Positions 1-8,328 of a DNA stretch of 64,000 nt are shown here, piece after piece. The first letter of the stretch is position 1; the number at the start of each line of letters is the position of its first letter. Where the stretch lies: NCBI GenBank assembly GCA_964440235.1, contig CAYTQI010000001.1, positions 31,444 to 95,443 on the forward strand, given 5' to 3'. Both the position numbers and the translations under genes were made by a program. A model generated the notes under the pieces. That model did no database searches. It was not told where the DNA came from and saw only the letters and a program-made list of their open reading frames with translations. This DNA is from an uncultured Planctomycetia bacterium (GTDB lineage Bacteria > Omnitrophota > Gorgyraeia > JABMRN01 > RBG-13-46-9).

Positions 1-444
1 GGTAAGCGGGCCCGTGGGGTTTGCGCTAACGAATTCCATGTTAATATTCACGCCCCTGCCGGAAGACACGCGCCCGAACCCATCCTTTTTCTTTAAAATA
101 CCTGAAAGCGTCTTATAGAGATACGGTTTGCTAAGCCGAAAATTGAGAAAACCAGGCGGTAAAACCTCGATTTCGCCTATACTGTCCGCGAAAAGGTTTT
201 TCAGTTCAGGCTTTTCCAGCTCATCCTTTATGGCGCCTGCCAGGATGACGGGGTTCACGGAAAAATATTTTACCAGGCGAAGCGCCGTGTTGGCGGTAAA
301 ATCGCCGTGCGCGCGGTCCCTGGGTACCTCAAGTTCAATCTTAAATCGTTCAGGCAGGCCCCTCGGCGGGATTTTTTCGGAAACTTTCTCAAGCGCTTTC
401 TCTATGGCGTCTATCAGGGTTTTTTGTACTAGTGTGATTCGCAT
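1..444 (-). CDS. argS: Arginyl-tRNA synthetase, 5' part (runs off the left window edge)
   Basis: Not in the ORF track. Manual translation from ATG at 444 gives MRITLVQKTLIDAIEKALE... and ends ...INMEFVSANPTGPLT, the ArgRS motif just before the HIGH box. Confidence 0.93.
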   Translation of the reverse strand, partial: MRITLVQKTLIDAIEKALEKVSEKIPPRGLPERFKIELEVPRDRAHGDFTANTALRLVKYFSVNPVILAGAIKDELEKPELKNLFADSIGEIEVLPPGFLNFRLSKPYLYKTLSGILKKKDGFGRVSSGRGVNINMEFVSANPTGPLT

Positions 445-788
445 CGGTGAGAAAAATACTCTTTGGGTGCGTCGTACCACAGCCGTTCCAGGTCATAAAA
501 TTTTCTCAAGTCCTCGTAAAATACGTGAACCATGACATCGCCGTAGTCGATCAACACCCAGAGAGCCTCTTTTTTTCCTTCGATATGACATTTCTTGAGG
601 CCTTTTTTCTCAAGCGCCTCAAGAATAGCTTCCGCTATCGCCTGCACCCTTCTTGTCGAAGGCGCGCTGCAAATAACGAAATAATCAGTAGCGTTTGAAA
701 CAGAGCGCATGTCCATTATTACGATGGACCGCGCCTTTTTGCTTGCTGCGGCGTCTCTGATCAGTTTTGCTTTATTTACGGGCTCTAT
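429..788 (-). CDS. rsfS: Ribosomal silencing factor RsfS (Iojap)
   Basis: Motifs TDYFVICSA, WVLIDYGDVMVHVF and FYDLERLW. The track starts at 716, but the frame stays open upstream through IEPVNKAKLIRDAAASKKARSIVIMDMR. The probable start is a non-canonical ATA near 788 (uncertain). Confidence 0.9.
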   Translation of the reverse strand: MEPVNKAKLIRDAAASKKARSIVIMDMRSVSNATDYFVICSAPSTRRVQAIAEAILEALEKKGLKKCHIEGKKEALWVLIDYGDVMVHVFYEDLRKFYDLERLWYDAPKEYFSHRCESH

Positions 789-822
789 GCTTGCTTCGCC
801 TATTTTAAAGCTATCGCGGAAC

Positions 823-993
823 TTATTTTTTCAATTTCGCGGCCGCGTCTTTTGACATAACTCTCCAGCACTCATGAGTGCCTTCCTGGGACTTGGCTAC
901 CGCGAAAAAACGCCCCTTTTTCTCCACTACCCTGAAATCCCCTGTCTTGAACTTCTTTTTTGTCTTCACATCAAAAAATTCCATTTCTGCCAT
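823..993 (-). CDS. 56-aa basic small protein resembling crenarchaeal chromatin protein CC1 (putative nucleoid-associated protein)
   Basis: Below the ORF-track cutoff. Translation: MAEMEFFDVKTKKKFKTGDFRVVEKKGRFFAVAKSQEGTHECWRVMSKDAAAKLKK*. Strong SD (AAGGAGGTG) upstream and its own sigma70-like promoter. The ORF is well supported; the family call is from recalled similarity. Confidence 0.8.
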   Translation of the reverse strand: MAEMEFFDVKTKKKFKTGDFRVVEKKGRFFAVAKSQEGTHECWRVMSKDAAAKLKK

Positions 994-1017
994 CACAACA
1001 CCTCCTTTGTTTCACCA

Positions 1018-1046
1018 AGTGTAGCACATAATCCGCTCAATTTCAA
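1018..1046 (-). promoter_or_regulatory. Sigma70-type promoter for the 56-aa gene/rsfS/argS
   Basis: TTGAAA-17 nt-TACACT, with TGTGC directly before the -10. Confidence 0.65.
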
Positions 1047-1068
1047 GCCAAAGAGAAAAATGTTCTCA

Positions 1069-1662
1069 TTACCTGTATAATTTTTTTCTTCTTATATATT
1101 TTTCGACTTCAGGGGGCACTAAGCGTTTTATTTCTTTGCGTTTCTTGGCCAGGCCCCTGATTGCCGTCGAAGAAACGTTTTTTTTCGGCATGTTCAGTTT
1201 TATGGCCCCCTTCAATGCCGGGGGAATTGTATAGCCGGGGCGCGGCATAACGGCAAAACGCACGATTTTCCTCAAAGTGCCGATTTTTTTCCAGTCCGAA
1301 AGCCCGGCTGCGCTATCGGCCCCTATCAGAAAAAAAAGTTTTGCATTTTTTCCGTATTTTTTTTTGAAATACGCGGCCGTTTTTACGGAATAAGAAACAC
1401 CTTTATTATTTAATTCGTACCGGGATATCTCGAATTTTTTTCTGCCGGCTATAGCCAGAAAAAGCATCCCGAGCCTGTCCCGCGCGCTCGTACCCGAGCA
1501 TATTTTCTTATGCGGCGGGGCCCCGGCCGGGACAAATACGACCCTGTTCAGGCGCAGCTTTTCAAGGGCATACAAAGCCATATGGATGTGTCCGTTATGC
1601 ACGGGATTAAACGCGCCGCCCAATATTCCGATACGTTTATTCGCGAATCTGGCCATCCCCAA
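1069..1662 (-). CDS. nadD: Nicotinate-nucleotide adenylyltransferase
   Basis: Motifs GGAFNPVHNGH, IGADS and VSSTAIR; lies between proA and rsfS. Confidence 0.95.
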   Translation of the reverse strand: MGMARFANKRIGILGGAFNPVHNGHIHMALYALEKLRLNRVVFVPAGAPPHKKICSGTSARDRLGMLFLAIAGRKKFEISRYELNNKGVSYSVKTAAYFKKKYGKNAKLFFLIGADSAAGLSDWKKIGTLRKIVRFAVMPRPGYTIPPALKGAIKLNMPKKNVSSTAIRGLAKKRKEIKRLVPPEVEKYIRRKKLYR

Positions 1663-2899
1663 ATATTATGTACTTATACGTTGTTAATTCTTCCAGTCCC
1701 ACAGGGCCGCGAGCATGGATTTTATCGGTGCTTATACCTATTTCCGCGCCTTTGCCGAACTCATAACCGTCGGTAAATCTGGTTGAGGCGTTAACGTAGA
1801 CGGAACTTGAGTCCACCCTGTCAAGAAATTTCATCGCGTGCTCGTAATTTTCAGTAACGATCGCGTCTGAATGAGATGTTCCGTATTTATTTATGTGGTT
1901 AATCGCCTCTTCTATTGATTCCACAATTTTTATGGAAAGCGTAAGATCCAGGTATTCGGTAGACCAGTCCGCTTTCTTCGCGGCAGCGATTTTACGCTTT
2001 TTAAGTATCCTGCGCGTAAGCGCGCAACCCCTTATCTCAACGCCGGCGCTTATGAGTTTATCGTAAATTCCCGGGAGAAATCTGGCGGCAGCATCTTTGT
2101 GAACAAGGAGCGTCTCCATCGCGTTGCACACACCGGGACGCTGGACTTTGGCGTTATAAGAAATAGATTCCGCCATGTTTAACTCCGCGTATTCGTCTAC
2201 ATACACATGGCAGACGCCCTTATAGTGTTTAATAACCGGTATTCGTGACTTTTTTGATACCTCTTTTATCAGCGATTCTCCGCCCCTCGGTATTATTACG
2301 TCGATAATGCCTTCGGCGCCCAGCAAAACATCGACCGCTTTTCTGTCGGTCGTCCTTATAAGGTTAATAGACCCTTTTGGAATACCGCGCTTTACCGCGA
2401 CGCTGTTTAAAGCATCAAATATCGCAATATTTGAATTTATAGCTTCCCGTCCGCCTCTTAAAATGAGGCTATTTCCTGATTTAAAGCATAAGGCGACGCA
2501 ATCCGCGGTTACATTCGGCCTGGATTCGTATATTACGGCGATAACGCCTATCGGAACCCTTTTTTTCCCTATCAAAAGACCGTTCGGCCTTTTTACAAGT
2601 TTTTCCAGGGCGCCGACCGGGTCCTCGAGTTTCGCGACAGCCGAAAGGGAATCAGCCATCGCGTTTATTCTTTTCCCCGTAAGCCTGAGGCGGTCCATTA
2701 ATGCCCCTGAAAGTCTTTTTGATTTGGCACGCCTCATATCCTTTTGGTTCGCCCTTAGAATACGCGCTTTTGATCTGATTACGGACACGGCCATCGCTTT
2801 TAAAACACTATTTTTGATTTCCGTTTTCAACAGGGCAAGGGGCCCTGAGGCGGATTTGGCCTCTTCGGCGATCTTTATTATTTCTTTTTTAAGTCTCAT
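1637..2899 (-). CDS. proA: Gamma-glutamyl phosphate reductase
   Basis: Motifs IYESRPNVT, GVCNAMETLLVH, VNASTRFTDG and HARGPVGL. Confidence 0.97.
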   Translation of the reverse strand: MRLKKEIIKIAEEAKSASGPLALLKTEIKNSVLKAMAVSVIRSKARILRANQKDMRRAKSKRLSGALMDRLRLTGKRINAMADSLSAVAKLEDPVGALEKLVKRPNGLLIGKKRVPIGVIAVIYESRPNVTADCVALCFKSGNSLILRGGREAINSNIAIFDALNSVAVKRGIPKGSINLIRTTDRKAVDVLLGAEGIIDVIIPRGGESLIKEVSKKSRIPVIKHYKGVCHVYVDEYAELNMAESISYNAKVQRPGVCNAMETLLVHKDAAARFLPGIYDKLISAGVEIRGCALTRRILKKRKIAAAKKADWSTEYLDLTLSIKIVESIEEAINHINKYGTSHSDAIVTENYEHAMKFLDRVDSSSVYVNASTRFTDGYEFGKGAEIGISTDKIHARGPVGLEELTTYKYIIFGDGQIRE

Positions 2900-3978
2900 A
2901 AGATAACAAGATTGTCCCTGTGTACGGCCTCATCATGGTCTTTATATCCCAGGGCCGATTCTATTTCACTTGTTTTAAGGCCCTTAATCCTTTCAATTTC
3001 CTTTGAAGAATAGTTCACAAGCCCCCTGGCGAATTCTCTCCCCCGGGGGCCGGCTATGCCTATTACGTCTCCGGCCCTGAAAGCACCTTCTTTTCCCGTA
3101 ATGCCCGAGGTTAAAAGGCTTTTATGCCCAATGGCAAGCGCTTTTTTCGCGCCCTCATCAACGATTATTCTGCCTTTCACCTTTGAGGAAAACGCGATCC
3201 ATCTTTTCTTTGCTTTCGCCTTTACGGGCCGCGCCTTAAAAAGGGTATATTTATTTTTTTCGCGGCCCCGTAATATATCCAGCACTATACCGGGTTTTGT
3301 GCCCAGAGCGATAAAACAATCAATCCCCGCACGCGTAGCCCTTCGCGCGGCTTCTATCTTGGTTGCCATGCCGCCTTTTGTAAAAAGCGACATTTTCTTT
3401 TTAACCAGTTTTTCGATTTTCTCGGTAATCTCATCCACTACGGGAACAACACCGTTTTCGTCGTAAAGGCCGTCTACGTCGCTTAACATCACCAGTACGT
3501 CCGCGGCGCATAAGTCGGCGACAAGGCTTGAAAGCCGGTCGTTATCCCCCAGCTTTATTTCTTCGGTGGAAACGGTATCGTTCTCATTTACTATCGGAAC
3601 AACATTTTTTGAAAGCAGCGAGTCTATCGTATATTTTATATTCATATAACGGCGGCGATCGTCAAAATCTTCCTGCGTCAACAGAACTTGTCCGGTCAGA
3701 TAATTCTTTTTTTTGAACGCCTCACCGTAAAGGCGCATAAGTTCGCTCTGGCCGGCAGAAGCCATTGCCTGCATGTCGGAAAGAGAATTTGAAGCGCTCC
3801 TCAATATGCCTCTTCCGGCGCAAATAGCGCCCGAGGTAACGATTATAACCTTAGCCCCTTTATCCAGAAGGCGCGACACCTGGGAAACAAGTCCCTCAAT
3901 AACGCTTTTATCTACATTTCCCGCAGTTTTCGCGATAACACTGGAGCCGATCTTTATAACGATTTTTTTATACTTCAC
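2896..3978 (-). CDS. proB: Glutamate 5-kinase with PUA domain
   Basis: Motifs IKIGSS, NENDTVS, GDNDRLS and GGMATK, plus a C-terminal PUA domain. Start placed at GTG 3978 behind AGAGGGG (the track ORF extends to 4035). Confidence 0.96.
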   Translation of the reverse strand: MKYKKIVIKIGSSVIAKTAGNVDKSVIEGLVSQVSRLLDKGAKVIIVTSGAICAGRGILRSASNSLSDMQAMASAGQSELMRLYGEAFKKKNYLTGQVLLTQEDFDDRRRYMNIKYTIDSLLSKNVVPIVNENDTVSTEEIKLGDNDRLSSLVADLCAADVLVMLSDVDGLYDENGVVPVVDEITEKIEKLVKKKMSLFTKGGMATKIEAARRATRAGIDCFIALGTKPGIVLDILRGREKNKYTLFKARPVKAKAKKRWIAFSSKVKGRIIVDEGAKKALAIGHKSLLTSGITGKEGAFRAGDVIGIAGPRGREFARGLVNYSSKEIERIKGLKTSEIESALGYKDHDEAVHRDNLVIL

Positions 3979-4056
3979 ACAAGCCCCTCTTCTCAATTCC
4001 TTTAAGCGTACCGCACCTTTTACGCCGGAGGACACTGACCGCGCGTGAACGCGGAA

Positions 4057-5016
4057 TTACGCTACCAGCATTTTCCATATTTCTTCTAAAAGTTTTTCCA
4101 CTCCCTCGCCGGTTTTCGCCGATATAGGAAACGCTTTCGCGCCTGTTTTTTTCTTAAATACCTTAAAATTTTTTTTCGCTTCCGGCAAATCCATTTTATT
4201 GCAGGCCAGGACTTGCGGTTTTTCCGCGAGACGGCGACCGTACAATGATAGCTCTTTATTTATCGACAAATAATCTTCGTACGCCGGCCGCGACTCAATC
4301 TCGGCCATATCCACCATGTGGAGCAAAATTTTCGTCCTCTCTATGTGGCGCAAAAATTCGTCTCCCAGACCGCGCCCTTTATGCGCGTCTTCTATCAAGC
4401 CGGGCATATCCGCAAATATCAGATCGGCATTCTCCATCCTGACCATGCCCAGCACGGGCGCCCTGGTCGTAAAGCGGTACGGCGCTATTTTTGATTTTGC
4501 CCGTGAGATGCGCGAGATAAGCGTTGACTTGCCGGCGTTCGGGTATCCTATGATGCCGACATCCGCTATGAATTTGAGCTCCAGCGCGAGGTCTTTTTCC
4601 TCGCCCGGAGCCCCGGGGGTCGCGTCCCGATCCTTTGAATTGCCTTTCCCGCCGGCGCCGCCTGAAGCAACAACAACTTTTTCCGTATCCCCCGTAAGGT
4701 CCCTGAGAATAAAACCGGTTGAAATATCCTTTATTACCGTTCCCGGCGGAACGCCTATCAGTAAATCGTTTCCGTCTTTACCTTTTTTATTATTGGAACT
4801 GCCGTGCGCGCCGCGCGCCGCTTTAAAATGCCTTTTATGCTGAAAATCCAGCAAGGTATGAACGTTCTTATCGACTTTGAATATTATGTTTCCGCCATGC
4901 CCGCCGCGCCCGCCGTTCGGTTTTCCTTTCCGGACAAAACGGTCCCGATAGAAACTTGTACATCCATCTCCGCCGTTCCCCGCCTTAATGTGAATTTTAG
5001 CCCGATCGATAAGCAT
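4057..5016 (-). CDS. obg: GTPase Obg/CgtA (no C-terminal domain)
   Basis: Gly-rich Obg fold (AGNGGDG, GGRGGHGG) and G motifs GYPNAGKS, DMPG, NKMD and ISAK. Confidence 0.96.
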   Translation of the reverse strand: MLIDRAKIHIKAGNGGDGCTSFYRDRFVRKGKPNGGRGGHGGNIIFKVDKNVHTLLDFQHKRHFKAARGAHGSSNNKKGKDGNDLLIGVPPGTVIKDISTGFILRDLTGDTEKVVVASGGAGGKGNSKDRDATPGAPGEEKDLALELKFIADVGIIGYPNAGKSTLISRISRAKSKIAPYRFTTRAPVLGMVRMENADLIFADMPGLIEDAHKGRGLGDEFLRHIERTKILLHMVDMAEIESRPAYEDYLSINKELSLYGRRLAEKPQVLACNKMDLPEAKKNFKVFKKKTGAKAFPISAKTGEGVEKLLEEIWKMLVA

Positions 5017-5103
5017 TTTGACGCGAATGCATACGGATCCGAAACATAAATCTTCACGGATTATCCGTGTGACTCCGTTTAAAATCCGCGTTAATCCGTG
5101 TTT

Positions 5104-5346
5104 TCATTTCGGTAAGATACTTACTACTTTTGATGGTGAGAAGCTGACAATGCCGTCTGTTTTGGCAAAAAGCGTATCATCCCTGCCCCGGCCCACGTTA
5201 AGGCCCGGCTTGAAGGGCGTGCCCCTTTGCCTTACGATGATACTGCCCGCCGTGATAAGCTGGCCGCCGTAGCGCTTTACGCCAAGCCGCTGCGAATTAG
5301 AATCCCTTCCGTTTTTGGAACTCCCCAATCCTTTTTTATGAGCCAT
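5104..5346 (-). CDS. rpmA: 50S ribosomal protein L27
   Basis: N-terminus [24 protein letters not shown]. Confidence 0.98.
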   Translation of the reverse strand: MAHKKGLGSSKNGRDSNSQRLGVKRYGGQLITAGSIIVRQRGTPFKPGLNVGRGRDDTLFAKTDGIVSFSPSKVVSILPK

Positions 5347-5355
5347 TTATAACTC

Positions 5356-5667
5356 CTAGACCTTTATTTCCTTCACCCGCAATCGAGTCAAATCCTGCCT
5401 GTGGCCCCTTTTCCATTTCTGGCTTTTTCTTTTTTTATACTTGAACGCGACAACTTTCTTTCCGCGAGGATGCGACAGGATCTCACAGGCCACATAGGCG
5501 TCCTTTAGATGGGGCCTGCCCACATGAAAGGTGTTTTTCTCCTTCGCGAACAGTACATTTTTGAACTTTATTACGGCTGTGGGTTTGCCGATCATCCTGC
5601 TTACGGAAAACTCCGTGTTTTTCTCGACTCTATATTGCCTCCCGGAGGCCTCTATTATTGCGTACAT
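5356..5667 (-). CDS. rplU: 50S ribosomal protein L21
   Basis: MYAIIEASGRQYRV...GHRQDLT; SD AAGGAG. Confidence 0.97.
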   Translation of the reverse strand: MYAIIEASGRQYRVEKNTEFSVSRMIGKPTAVIKFKNVLFAKEKNTFHVGRPHLKDAYVACEILSHPRGKKVVAFKYKKRKSQKWKRGHRQDLTRLRVKEIKV

Positions 5668-5691
5668 ATCAACTCCTTGATTAAGATAGAT

Positions 5692-5719
5692 ACTCTATCA
5701 CAAGTTGGCGATTTGTCAA
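5692..5719 (-). promoter_or_regulatory. Sigma70-type promoter of rplU-rpmA-obg
   Basis: TTGACA-16 nt-TAGAGT, with TGTG upstream of the -10. Confidence 0.55.
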
Positions 5720-5731
5720 GCAAAAAGGGGT

Positions 5732-7456
5732 TTACGGATTATGCTCCTTTAGCGACATAGCTTTTTTGAACATAATTACCGCCTCTTTTTTTCTGCCAAG
5801 TTTATTGTATAGCCTGCCAAGATTATGATACACATCCGCGCAATCCGGGTTGATTGTTATCGATTTTTTAAACACATTTAACGCTTCTTCCTGTTTGCCG
5901 ATAGACGCGTATATAATTCCGAGATTATTATACGCTTCGGAATGCATGGAATTGATCACTATTGTTTTTTTGTACGAATTTATAGCTTTTTGTCTTTCCC
6001 CGATATCCCTGTACGCATTACCCAGGTTAAAATATGCGTCCGCGTACAGGGAATCGGCTTCAATCGATTTTTTGTATAACTCTATCGCCTTCCCTTTTCT
6101 ACCGGTATAATAATATACATTGCCAAGATTATTATACGCCCTGGCGTTATAGGGATCGGCCTCAACCGCCTTTTTGTAGAATTCCATCGCCTTGTCGTTT
6201 TTGCCGGCATCATAATATATATTGCCCAGGCCATTATACGCTCTCGCGCTATTAGGGGCATATTTCAGGGTTCTTTTGTAAAATTTTTTGAGCCCCTGCC
6301 AATACTTATTCTGCTGCATTGTCAGGCCCGAATAAAAAACAATCAGCGCTATGATAAAAATAAAAATGACATTCCGCATTTTTTTCTTCCTGTATAAAAA
6401 GCTTAATAAACCGGCTAAAATGAGAAAAAATCCGACAGAAGGCAGATAAAGCCAGCGTTCCGCCATGTAAAAAGGAAGCGGGTAAAAAATATTAGAAACG
6501 GGTAATAGAGACACGAAAAACCAGCCTGTAGCAAAAAAAACAAGGCTATTCCTCTTTCTGTTCGTAAAAGCGAAAGAAAGTATCAAAAGCGCTGTTATGG
6601 CTCCGAACGCCACCCGCGGATCAGAAAAACGGAACGGGCCTCCTTCGTATTCAACGCGAAGCCCGAAAGGCATTATAAGAATTCTTATGTAATCGGTGAC
6701 AGCCGCGAAAAAACCGGGCAATCTTTGGAACAAGCCCGCAAAATTTAAATTAGCGGGCAATGAAAATTTAAAAACCGATAAACGCAGGAAAAAATAAATA
6801 AAAGCGACTCCCAGCATCGGCAAAAACACGGCTGTTTTAATTTTCTTTTTAAAAGCATAGTGATAAAGCAATAAAAGACCGGGTAAAATCAAAGCGCTCT
6901 CCTTGGATAGGATAGCTAAGATATAGCATAATAACGACATGGCGGAAAAGTATGCGCGCCCCGAGATGAGTTGTTTTATGTAAAAGATAAAGCATAAAAG
7001 AACGAATAGCGTGGCCATGGAATCCGCCCGGCAGGATATCCATGACACTACTTCTGAATGTATGGGATGAACGAGAAAAAGAATCGACGCGAGCAGCGAA
7101 AGCAGCCGGTCGCCGTAAAGAAGCGCGACAAACCAGTAAAGAGACAACGCGGTAAGCGTATGTATAACGATATTTGTGAAATGATAACCCTGAACATTTA
7201 AACGCCAGAAGGAATAATCCGCCAAAATGGTAAGCATCGCGAACGGACGGTAATAATTAAACCTTGCCGAAGTGCCCGCGCCAATTTCCCGTGTAAATAA
7301 TTTTGGCGCGTAAATCCAGCTCTTCACGAATACGTTATCCCGTATTACGATTAGATCATCATATATGAATTCGCCGTTAAGGGAATTGCCGTAAACCGCG
7401 AAACCCAAAATTATTATCAGGGCAAAACTTATAAGTATGCCGTATTTCCCGGACAT
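5732..7456 (-). CDS. TMTC-like GT-C glycosyltransferase (multi-TM) with C-terminal TPR repeats
   Basis: Motifs FIYDD, YYRP, HPIHSEVVSWISCRAD, SKESA and AERWLYLPS, followed by about 5 TPRs (AYNNLG...). Confidence 0.8.
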   Translation of the reverse strand: MSGKYGILISFALIIILGFAVYGNSLNGEFIYDDLIVIRDNVFVKSWIYAPKLFTREIGAGTSARFNYYRPFAMLTILADYSFWRLNVQGYHFTNIVIHTLTALSLYWFVALLYGDRLLSLLASILFLVHPIHSEVVSWISCRADSMATLFVLLCFIFYIKQLISGRAYFSAMSLLCYILAILSKESALILPGLLLLYHYAFKKKIKTAVFLPMLGVAFIYFFLRLSVFKFSLPANLNFAGLFQRLPGFFAAVTDYIRILIMPFGLRVEYEGGPFRFSDPRVAFGAITALLILSFAFTNRKRNSLVFFATGWFFVSLLPVSNIFYPLPFYMAERWLYLPSVGFFLILAGLLSFLYRKKKMRNVIFIFIIALIVFYSGLTMQQNKYWQGLKKFYKRTLKYAPNSARAYNGLGNIYYDAGKNDKAMEFYKKAVEADPYNARAYNNLGNVYYYTGRKGKAIELYKKSIEADSLYADAYFNLGNAYRDIGERQKAINSYKKTIVINSMHSEAYNNLGIIYASIGKQEEALNVFKKSITINPDCADVYHNLGRLYNKLGRKKEAVIMFKKAMSLKEHNP

Positions 7457-7469
7457 ATAATTTCTCGCG

Positions 7470-7545
7470 AAACAGGGGCCAGGTCTTCACATTTGACATT
7501 TAGAAAAAGATACAAATAGCAGATGTGAAGACCCGACCCCTGTTT
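7470..7545. repeat. Intergenic inverted repeat (26-bp arms, 23/26 match), REP/REPIN-like
   Basis: aaacaggggccaggtcttcacatttg (7470-7495) versus cagatgtgaagacccgacccctgttt (7520-7545). Confidence 0.85.
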
Positions 7546-7547
7546 TT

Positions 7548-8324
7548 TTAATAGCGTTCCAGCACCAAACAGTTTTCTTTAGCGTCCATCTTTACGTGGA
7601 AAGCTCGCAAAAACGACATCCCGAGAAGGCCGTCTAGGCCGTGCCCCGGCGGGTCCTCTGATATCGCCGCCTCGACGTCCCTGACCTTAGAAGATCCGAC
7701 TTCCACGGAATTCAACGTAACGCGCGTAGCGGTCCTTGTACTCCCGTCGGCCAGGACAACAAGCACTTTTTCCTTTTCCTCGTCCGGATTTATCCCCAGC
7801 TTCCCGGCAATCGCCCCGGAAATAAGGACCATCGAAGCCCCGGTATCCACATAAAGGGCCGCTTTAACCTTACCGTTGAGTACGGCGTCAACCACGCCGA
7901 AACGGCCTTTCGAAAACTTGATCTTCAGCCTGCCACGCGCCTTTTTTGCCGCCTGAACCTGCCGCTCATATCTTTCGAGGCGATATTCGTTAAGACGCTG
8001 ACGACGGCCTTTTTCGTTTTCGGCGTCCCCGGAAACTGTCTCTGCGGCCGGGCGCACCGAGTAACGTTCTATTTCCTCCGGCGTTGATTTTCTTATGCTT
8101 TCAATCCTGTCCCTGGATATGGAATATATAAAATTGCCGTTGCCCCTGCTTACAACCACGGCATCCTCAGTTTCATTTTTTATTTCGGCGAAAATTTCCC
8201 TTCCGTCTTTTAGAACAATGGTCTCGGCAAAAACCCCTGCGCCGTATGTCAATAAAAATATCACAAAAAAAATAAGGACACATCCCGCCTTTACCGCAAA
8301 AACAAGACACGTCCCTATTTTCAT
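7548..8324 (-). CDS. Exported/membrane-anchored retropepsin-like (clan AA) aspartyl protease
   Basis: N-terminal signal/TM segment, catalytic VDTGAS and C-terminal GLLGMSFL. Confidence 0.85.
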   Translation of the reverse strand: MKIGTCLVFAVKAGCVLIFFVIFLLTYGAGVFAETIVLKDGREIFAEIKNETEDAVVVSRGNGNFIYSISRDRIESIRKSTPEEIERYSVRPAAETVSGDAENEKGRRQRLNEYRLERYERQVQAAKKARGRLKIKFSKGRFGVVDAVLNGKVKAALYVDTGASMVLISGAIAGKLGINPDEEKEKVLVVLADGSTRTATRVTLNSVEVGSSKVRDVEAAISEDPPGHGLDGLLGMSFLRAFHVKMDAKENCLVLERY

Positions 8325-8328
8325 ACCG

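Noticed and set aside
5800-6260. Quasi-periodic ~102-bp repeats (AYNNLG-type units)
   Set aside because: These are TPR-coding repeats within a CDS, not a CRISPR array or DGR repeat. No cas or reverse transcriptase gene is in the window.
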